A stretch of DNA of 64,000 nucleotides, from the NCBI GenBank assembly GCA_965226585.1, contig OZ245366.1, positions 672,001 through 736,000 of the forward strand. The letters are read 5' to 3'. How positions within the stretch are numbered: position 1 is the stretch's first letter; every line of letters begins with the position of its first letter. Of this stretch, positions 57,621-64,000 are shown piece after piece. A model generated the notes under the pieces. It worked only from the letters and a program-made list of their open reading frames with translations. It was not told the DNA's origin and did no database searches. The position numbers were made by a program, and so were the translations under genes. The DNA comes from Thermodesulfobacteriota bacterium. Lineage in GTDB: Bacteria; Desulfobacterota_D; UBA1144; Nemesobacterales; Mycalebacteriaceae.

Positions 57621-58805
57621 ATGAAAGAGTCTTTTCTCAGCAATTTGCGTCTGATTTTTACGGCGGCGATTTTGTCGATCTGCGCGGCGGCGTCAGGCTG
57701 TTTTCACTCCGCCAAACTGCCCCCGCTTGAAGAGGCGGCGGGGCAGATGCTGATTGTGGGAGTGAGAGGCGAGCGCGTGAACGCGGAGATTGCGGCTCTG
57801 CTGTCAGAAGTGAAGCCGGGCGGAATAATTCTTTTTGACTACGATTTGCCGTCACGCGGCGCGAAACCGCGAAACATATCGTCTCCCGCCCAGCTCAAAG
57901 AGTTTACGCGGGAACTTCAGCGGGCTTCCGCAGAGGGGCTTTTTATAGCGGCGGATGTTGAGGGCGGAAAGGTGAACAGACTGAAAAAGCATCTCGGCTT
58001 TTCCGTCTCCGCCCCGTCTGCCAAAGAAATGGGAAAAGAAGGAACAGAAGCCGTGTTTTCATCGGCAAGCAAAATCGCCCGCGAACTCAAATCGCTTGGA
58101 ATCAACTTCAACCTCGCCCCCGTTGCCGATGTTGACATCAATCCCGAAAGCCCGGCGGTGGGCAAACTTGGAAGGTCTTTCAGCCGCGACCCCGAAACAG
58201 TGGCGCGGCTTGCGGCGGAGTTTGTTAAAGCCCATCACCGGCAGGGCGTGATAACCTGCCTCAAACATTTTCCCGGACACGGAAGCGCGACCGCAGACAC
58301 GCATACCGGCGTGGCGGACATCACAAACACCTACGACCGCCGGGCGGAACTTCTACCGTATAAGCGGCTGATAGACGGCGGATATAAAAACCCCGTTATG
58401 ACGGCGCACGTTATCAACAGAAACATTGACGACAAACCCGCGACACTTTCGCGCAAGATACTTACCGGAATTCTCAGGGGCGAACTGGGGTTCACGGGGG
58501 TAATTGTTTCAGACGATATGCAGATGGAGGCGGTGGCTCACCGCTACGGGCTTGAAAAGGCGGCGGTTATGGCGGTAAGCGCCGGGGCGGACATAATCGT
58601 TATAGGCAACCAGATTGGCGGCGGATACGACGGAGACGCCGCCGGGCGCGTAAGAGACGCGATTGTGAAAGCCGTCCGCGATGGCGTTATCACGGCGGAA
58701 GATGTCTATGACTCGTACCGGCGGATAATGGAGCTCAAAAAGCGATACGGCATCGCTCCGCGCCCGCGCGGTGTTTTGGAAACCGCCCCCGGTCGGGTAA
58801 TATAA
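57621..58805 (+). CDS. nagZ: GH3 beta-N-acetylhexosaminidase lipoprotein
   Basis: DVEGGKVNRL, KHFPGHGSATADTH and VSDDMQM motifs; lipobox ASGC. Confidence 0.88.
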   Translation: MKESFLSNLRLIFTAAILSICAAASGCFHSAKLPPLEEAAGQMLIVGVRGERVNAEIAALLSEVKPGGIILFDYDLPSRGAKPRNISSPAQLKEFTRELQRASAEGLFIAADVEGGKVNRLKKHLGFSVSAPSAKEMGKEGTEAVFSSASKIARELKSLGINFNLAPVADVDINPESPAVGKLGRSFSRDPETVARLAAEFVKAHHRQGVITCLKHFPGHGSATADTHTGVADITNTYDRRAELLPYKRLIDGGYKNPVMTAHVINRNIDDKPATLSRKILTGILRGELGFTGVIVSDDMQMEAVAHRYGLEKAAVMAVSAGADIIVIGNQIGGGYDGDAAGRVRDAIVKAVRDGVITAEDVYDSYRRIMELKKRYGIAPRPRGVLETAPGRVI

Positions 58806-58849
58806 AAACCGCTTTGTTTCTTCCCGGAAACGGGGAAAAGGCGTTTGCG

Positions 58850-61291
58850 ATGGAGCCTCAAACAGCAAATCTTCCTTATATTTTCTGGGAATATCTCCTT
58901 AACACTTTTCTTATTCTCGCCCCTGTTTTTCTTTTCGGGCTTTTCCTCTCAGGGCTGATGAGGGTTCTCATATCCCGCGATCAGGTACTCAGCCTGATGG
59001 GCAAAAACGACCTCAAAAGCTCCATAATGGCGGCTCTTGCCGGAGTGCCCATTCCGCTGTGCAGTTGTTCTGTTCTTCCCGTTGTGACCGAACTCAGAAA
59101 AAAAGGCGCGAGCAAACCCGCCTGCGCTTCATTTCTGGTAACCGCGCCGGAAACGGGCGTTGATTCCATACCCATAACCTACGCGCTTCTCGGTCCGTTT
59201 ATGGCGATCTACCGTCCGGTTGCCAGTTTGTTCTCGGCAATCTTCACCTCAATTCTGATTATCGGGCTGGATGACGAAAAAAACACCCCGCCGCCGCAGG
59301 AGACCGAAGATGAATGCGGCAGTTGCGGACACCACAGCCCCGAACACGGACATGACCATCGCGGGCACGACCATGAATACGGCGATGATGATTTTGTGGG
59401 AGTTTCCGGGCTTTACAGGTCGGTAAGGTTTGCGCTGGCTTCCTCTTTTGCGAACACGATGCGCGCGCTTTCGTCGTGGGACTGGTTCCGTCCGGTTCTG
59501 GGAAAACAGTCTCCCGCCGCTGATTTTTCCTCCCCGCGTCCGGAAGGGCTTGTTCCGGCGGGCAGGGTTTTCCGCGCCGTCAGCCGTCATGCTTTTATTG
59601 AACAGATGGACGAGCTTCTCTACCCGCTCATTGTGGGTATTCTCATCGGCGGCGTTATAGTTGTGGCGATACCGGCGGACATATCGTCATACGGGATTTC
59701 AGGTCCCGTTTCGTATTTTCTGCTTCTGCTTGCCGGAATTCCGGTCTACATCTGCGCTTCCGCCGCCACGCCCATTGCGGCGGCTTTGATACTCAAGGGC
59801 ATCAGCCCGGGCGCGGCGCTTGTGTTTCTGCTTTCAGGTCCCGCCACCAACACGCCCACGGTAGTGGTTCTGGGAAAACAGTTTGGATGGCGTTTTTCCT
59901 CAATCTACGTCAGTTCAATAGCGTTCACCTCACTTGTTACCGGAGTTGTTCTTGACATCGTTCTGCTCAAAACGGGCTTCAACATTCTCGCCTCAACCGG
60001 AGGGCTTGCGGGCGGTCTGGTAGGGGCTGTTCAAATCGCCGGGCTTGCGGCTTTTATTGCCCTTGCCGTGTGGAGGGTGCGTAAAAACCCGGCTATTCTG
60101 CCCGAATGGACGGGCGGTTTGCGCTTCTCTGTTCCGGAATATTCCAAAATCGCCGCGCTCACGCAGAGGGCGGTATCTTCAAAAACAACCCCCTACGCGG
60201 CGGCTGTTCTGGCGGTCGTCTGGCTCGCAACGGGGTTTTTCACCGTTACACCGGGAAGCGTAGGGTACGGAAAACTGTTCAACAAGGTTGTCAGCAAAGA
60301 CCTCGCGCCCGGGCTTCACTGGGCCGCGCCGTATCCGCTTGGGGCTTCCGAAGTCTACAGAAGCGAAAAGGTCAGGCGGCTTGTTCTTGGAATTGTGGAG
60401 TTGAACAAAATCCCGCTTCAAAACGCCGCCGCGCCCGCCTCATCGCCCGCCCCCGCCGCGAATGTTGCCGCAGACTACTCGCAGGAGTTCATAACCGGAG
60501 ACGGAAGTCTCCTCAGGGCGGCTCTTGTTGTCCACTACCGCGTGAAAGACCCGTTCACATTTTTCTACGGGGTGAACAAACCGGAGTTTCTGATAGCAGA
60601 CATAGTCAAATCATCTCTCAGAGATTGCGTTGCGTACAGGCGCGTGAACGATGTTCTGACGACCGAAAGGGAAAGCCTTGAACTGTGCGTGAAGGGTTCT
60701 TACGCAACCATAGACGGCATTTTGAATCCGCTTTCCGCAGGCGGAGACGACACGAAAAGAGACACCGAGATGGTGTATCCGCGGCGGCGGCAGGATGACG
60801 GGGTGGAGAGCAGTATAGGGGCGGAAATTCTGTCTGTGAATCTTGTTCAGGCGGTTCCGCCGGATTTTGTCAGAATGGCTTATTACGATGTTTCAAGCGC
60901 GAATGAAGACAAGGAAAGGATGATAGTTGACGCGCAGAAAAGCTACATAGTGCTTATCCCCACGGCTTACGGAAACGCGCGCATTGAACTTGAGCGCGGG
61001 ATAAGCAAGGCGCACGGAAAACGGCTTGTGGCGTTTGCGAAGGCGGACGCTTTTGTTGCGAGGGCGGATGCGGTGGCTCTGGCTCCCGATGTGTTGAAGC
61101 ATCTGTTGTGGATTGAAACCGGAGAGAGGGCGCTTTCGGGCAGGGAGAAGTTTATTCTGCCTCCGGGAACGCGGAAGGAGAACTTGAACCTGTGGCGCGC
61201 GAGCGTTGCCGGAAAAGGTGGAGAGAAAGTGGAACAGCATTCGGAAGACGGGAAACACGGAGAAGACCGAAAGGAGGGTGAGAATGAATAA
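58850..61291 (+). CDS. DUF318/ArsP (SO_0444-like) metal permease fused to an HflK-like SPFH domain
   Basis: PIPLCSCSVLP, APETGVDS and PVYICASAATP permease motifs; His/Cys loop; then TM, PGLHWAAPYP, FITGD and HYRVKDP SPFH motifs in one open frame. Confidence 0.85.
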   Translation: MEPQTANLPYIFWEYLLNTFLILAPVFLFGLFLSGLMRVLISRDQVLSLMGKNDLKSSIMAALAGVPIPLCSCSVLPVVTELRKKGASKPACASFLVTAPETGVDSIPITYALLGPFMAIYRPVASLFSAIFTSILIIGLDDEKNTPPPQETEDECGSCGHHSPEHGHDHRGHDHEYGDDDFVGVSGLYRSVRFALASSFANTMRALSSWDWFRPVLGKQSPAADFSSPRPEGLVPAGRVFRAVSRHAFIEQMDELLYPLIVGILIGGVIVVAIPADISSYGISGPVSYFLLLLAGIPVYICASAATPIAAALILKGISPGAALVFLLSGPATNTPTVVVLGKQFGWRFSSIYVSSIAFTSLVTGVVLDIVLLKTGFNILASTGGLAGGLVGAVQIAGLAAFIALAVWRVRKNPAILPEWTGGLRFSVPEYSKIAALTQRAVSSKTTPYAAAVLAVVWLATGFFTVTPGSVGYGKLFNKVVSKDLAPGLHWAAPYPLGASEVYRSEKVRRLVLGIVELNKIPLQNAAAPASSPAPAANVAADYSQEFITGDGSLLRAALVVHYRVKDPFTFFYGVNKPEFLIADIVKSSLRDCVAYRRVNDVLTTERESLELCVKGSYATIDGILNPLSAGGDDTKRDTEMVYPRRRQDDGVESSIGAEILSVNLVQAVPPDFVRMAYYDVSSANEDKERMIVDAQKSYIVLIPTAYGNARIELERGISKAHGKRLVAFAKADAFVARADAVALAPDVLKHLLWIETGERALSGREKFILPPGTRKENLNLWRASVAGKGGEKVEQHSEDGKHGEDRKEGENE

Positions 61292-62159
61292 ACGCAAAGC
61301 GGTGATTTTTGCCGCCGCCGCGGCGGCGGTTGTGTGGCTCGCAACGGGGGTGTTCACAATAGACCAGACTCAAGTCGGGGTTGTGGCGCGTTTCGGCAAG
61401 GTGATAAAACTCAGCGAGCCGGGGCTGAATGTGAAACTCCCCTGGCCCGTGGACAAGATTTATAAACTGGACAGCCGTTTGCTCTATATGTCTGCCGGCG
61501 AGCAGGAGATACTCACGCAAGACCAGAAAACGGTTGTTGTCGGCACTTTTCTTGTGTGGAAGATTGAAGACCCGGAACTGTTTGTGAAGGTTGGCAAAAC
61601 CCGCGCCGAGGCGGAAGCGCGCTTGAGGGATTTAACCCGTTCGCAAATGGGCTCAATGGTTGGAAACCTTCAGCTTTCCGGTTTTGTCGGCGTGGGTCCC
61701 GAAAAGATGGACACGCACGTTATCACGAAAGAGGCGACAAAAAAGGTCAACGAGACGGCTCTCCGCAACATGGGTGTTTCGGTAAAACTGCTTGAGATTG
61801 AAACCTTCACTCTGCCCCTGCAAAATCGCGCGAGCGTTATCGCGAGGATGAATTCGGAAAGGCAGATGCTGGCTTCCCGCTACCGCAGTGAGGGTGTGGA
61901 AGCCGCCCTGAAGATAGAGTCAAAGGCGGCGAGTGAGCACAACATCATAATGTCTGAAGCGCACGCCAAAGCCGCCGCAATTCTGGGCGAAGCGGACGCA
62001 GACGCTCTCAAAATAATGGGAGACGCATACAGAAAAAATCCGGGCTTCTTCAAATTCCTGCGCTCGCTTGAGGGATATGAGTCAATAATTGACGAAAAGA
62101 CGACCCTGTTTATACCGTCTGATTCAAAACTTCTGGAGGTGCTGAATGGCTCCGAGTGA
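61284..62159 (+). CDS. hflC: HflC-like SPFH protein
   Basis: RFGK...EPGLNVKLPWP, LTQDQK, RMNSERQ...YRSEG and FFKFLRSLEGY; AAGGAGG upstream of ATG 61284. Confidence 0.9.
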   Translation: MNKRKAVIFAAAAAAVVWLATGVFTIDQTQVGVVARFGKVIKLSEPGLNVKLPWPVDKIYKLDSRLLYMSAGEQEILTQDQKTVVVGTFLVWKIEDPELFVKVGKTRAEAEARLRDLTRSQMGSMVGNLQLSGFVGVGPEKMDTHVITKEATKKVNETALRNMGVSVKLLEIETFTLPLQNRASVIARMNSERQMLASRYRSEGVEAALKIESKAASEHNIIMSEAHAKAAAILGEADADALKIMGDAYRKNPGFFKFLRSLEGYESIIDEKTTLFIPSDSKLLEVLNGSE

Positions 62160-63387
62160 CACAGGTCACACAGAAGATTCCCCCCGCATCAAGTCGTCTT
62201 TTGAGTGGGTAAAAGCCCGCCGCCGGACATTTGGTGTTGTCGCCGGAGCGTTTGCGGTTTTGCTCGCGCTTTCAAGCGGGCTGTATTCCGTCAAACTCGG
62301 AGAAACCTCCGTGCTCAGGCGTCTCGGCGCGCTCAAAAACGACAATATCCGCCCCGGCCTCCGCTACCGCGTTCCGTTCGGCATAGACAAAACCGACATA
62401 CTTGAGACCGAAACCGTCAGAACAATGTTCGTAACAATCGGCTCAGACAGAATGGCTCTCACGGGAGACTTGAACCTGCTGGGCGTGAACACTGTTACGC
62501 ACTACAGAATAGATGACGCCGGAGACTATATTTTCAGCGCGGAAGACCCCGCCGTTATCATAGAAAAAATTATCAGGGCGGAACTTTTCAACGTTATGTC
62601 CGCCGTGTTCGTGGACATGCTTCTCACAACAGACAAGGCATACGTTCAGCGCCGTGTTCTTGAGCGGCTGCAGGAAAGGATAGACGCGATGGGTCTTGGT
62701 GTTGAGGCGTTGAACTTCAATCTGCTTGATGTTGAGCCGCCGCCTGAAACCGCCGCCGCGTTCCGCTCCGTGAGCGACGCTCTTGTTGACCGTTCCCGAA
62801 TGAAGTTTGATGCGCGTTCCCGTTCAAACACTCTCATATCGCGCACGCGCGGGGAGGCGGAAAGGCTTGTTGACGACTCTTCGGCTTTGGCGACAGAGCG
62901 TGTGGTTCAGGCGGAATCTGACGCGCGGGTTTTTCTGAAGATGCTTGACCAGTATTCCGCCAATCCCGGGCAGGTTCAAACTTCGGCGTACTGGAACCGG
63001 CTTTCCCCGGCTCTGGCGCGGGCGAGGATTGTTGTGGTTGAGCCGGGAGACGGCTCTGACATAGGCATCAACCTGTTTGATTCCGCCGCTTCAATAATGA
63101 GCGGAATGGCGGAAAAATCGCATCCTGCGGCGGCGGCGGGTATGGCGGGAAGTCTTGACAGGGCGATTCACAGCGGCATAACAAATGACCGTATGCCCGG
63201 ATACGGCGGACACAGGGAAAGCAGTGAGGCGCATCCCGCCTCCGTGCCTCAGCCCTCGCGATACGGAACTGACCTTTCGCACATCATTCTTCCGGGCAAG
63301 GGTTCCGGAGGCGCAAGAGCCGCCCCTCCCATTGACGGCGATATAGACGCAGAGGACTCTGAAGATGACGGGGGTGAGGTGAAGTGA
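62146..63387 (+). CDS. hflK: HflK-like SPFH protein with low-complexity His/acidic tail
   Basis: PGLRYRVPFGID, LTGDLNL, VEPPPETAAAFRSV and TRGEAE motifs. Confidence 0.82.
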   Translation: MAPSDTGHTEDSPRIKSSFEWVKARRRTFGVVAGAFAVLLALSSGLYSVKLGETSVLRRLGALKNDNIRPGLRYRVPFGIDKTDILETETVRTMFVTIGSDRMALTGDLNLLGVNTVTHYRIDDAGDYIFSAEDPAVIIEKIIRAELFNVMSAVFVDMLLTTDKAYVQRRVLERLQERIDAMGLGVEALNFNLLDVEPPPETAAAFRSVSDALVDRSRMKFDARSRSNTLISRTRGEAERLVDDSSALATERVVQAESDARVFLKMLDQYSANPGQVQTSAYWNRLSPALARARIVVVEPGDGSDIGINLFDSAASIMSGMAEKSHPAAAAGMAGSLDRAIHSGITNDRMPGYGGHRESSEAHPASVPQPSRYGTDLSHIILPGKGSGGARAAPPIDGDIDAEDSEDDGGEVK

Positions 63388-64000
63388 GAAGGGCATACGC
63401 AATACTGCTGTTTGTTGTGTGGGCGATGATTGCCGCATCCGTGCCTATGCCGCACGGCGGAGGAGTTCGAGCGGAAGAGGAGATAGTGTTTGGGCAGTCG
63501 GCTGATTTTGCGGGCAGTTCGTCAACACTTGGAATCAATATGCGCGCCGGTATAGCGGCGGCGTTTGGCGAGGTGAATTCACGCGGCGGAGTGGACGGGC
63601 GCAAGTTGAGGCTGATTACCTATAACGATGACTACGAGCCGGAAAAGGCGTCCAAGAACATCACAAAACTGATAAACGAGGATGAGGTGTTTGCCATTGT
63701 GGGAACGGTTGGCACGCCCACGGCGAAGAGTTCCGTGCCCATCGTAACGGTTGACGATGTTCCGTTTGTCGCGCCGCTTACGGGGGCGGGTTTTCTGCGC
63801 AGAAAAGACATCTACCCGACTGTTGTAAATGTGCGGACGACATACGAAAGGGAGGCGGAGGCGATAGTTGACTATCTTGTCAGTGAGCGGGGGCTTAAGC
63901 GCATAGCGGTTTTTTATCAGGATGATTCGTTTGGTTTTTCCGGTTTGAACGGTGTTCGCAAGGCGCTGGAGTCGCGGGGTCTCCGCATAATAGCGACTGC
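63384..64000 (+). CDS. Liv-type (branched-chain amino acid family) substrate-binding protein, partial
   Basis: Manual translation from GTG 63384: signal peptide, VFGQSADFAG, GGVDGRKLRLITYNDDYEP and VGTPT. Confidence 0.85.
   Translation, partial: MRRAYAILLFVVWAMIAASVPMPHGGGVRAEEEIVFGQSADFAGSSSTLGINMRAGIAAAFGEVNSRGGVDGRKLRLITYNDDYEPEKASKNITKLINEDEVFAIVGTVGTPTAKSSVPIVTVDDVPFVAPLTGAGFLRRKDIYPTVVNVRTTYEREAEAIVDYLVSERGLKRIAVFYQDDSFGFSGLNGVRKALESRGLRIIAT

Overview
Bacterial chromosomal window from a Gram-negative, aerobic-respiring organism. The gene set (AddAB, nuoGH, pckA, mtnP-pfkB, autotransporter) is loosely Desulfobacterota/Dadabacteria-like, but this is a low-confidence impression. The window has two halves. 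(1) 1-18.6 kb is accessory-rich: two type II TA modules around an orphan ccmH, a visibly AT-richer surface-polysaccharide locus (GT2s, flippase, FkbM, GT4s), four small hypothetical membrane genes, MacB-like and BT1 transporters, and an autotransporter plus the stump of a paralogue. Six clusters of a 76-bp palindromic element (15 full copies, all in the same orientation) punctuate this part. They bracket small accessory gene pairs, and two copies sit in frame inside the autotransporter. (2) 18.6-64 kb is mostly housekeeping: mtnP, rsmG, addAB, three tRNAs, an MntR/TroABCD operon with a perfect operator, ihfB, def, tpiA, secG, nth, pckA, fumC, trxA, hisS, tat, nuoGH, pyrF and nagZ. It ends in an unusual operon in which a DUF318/SO_0444-type metal permease is fused to an HflK-like SPFH domain and followed by HflC and a second HflK. 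The best candidates for undescribed systems are the permease-SPFH 'metal transporter cage' operon and the four-way-junction repeat with its possible gene-cassette and protein-insertion behaviour. No CRISPR, rRNA, integrase or transposase was seen.
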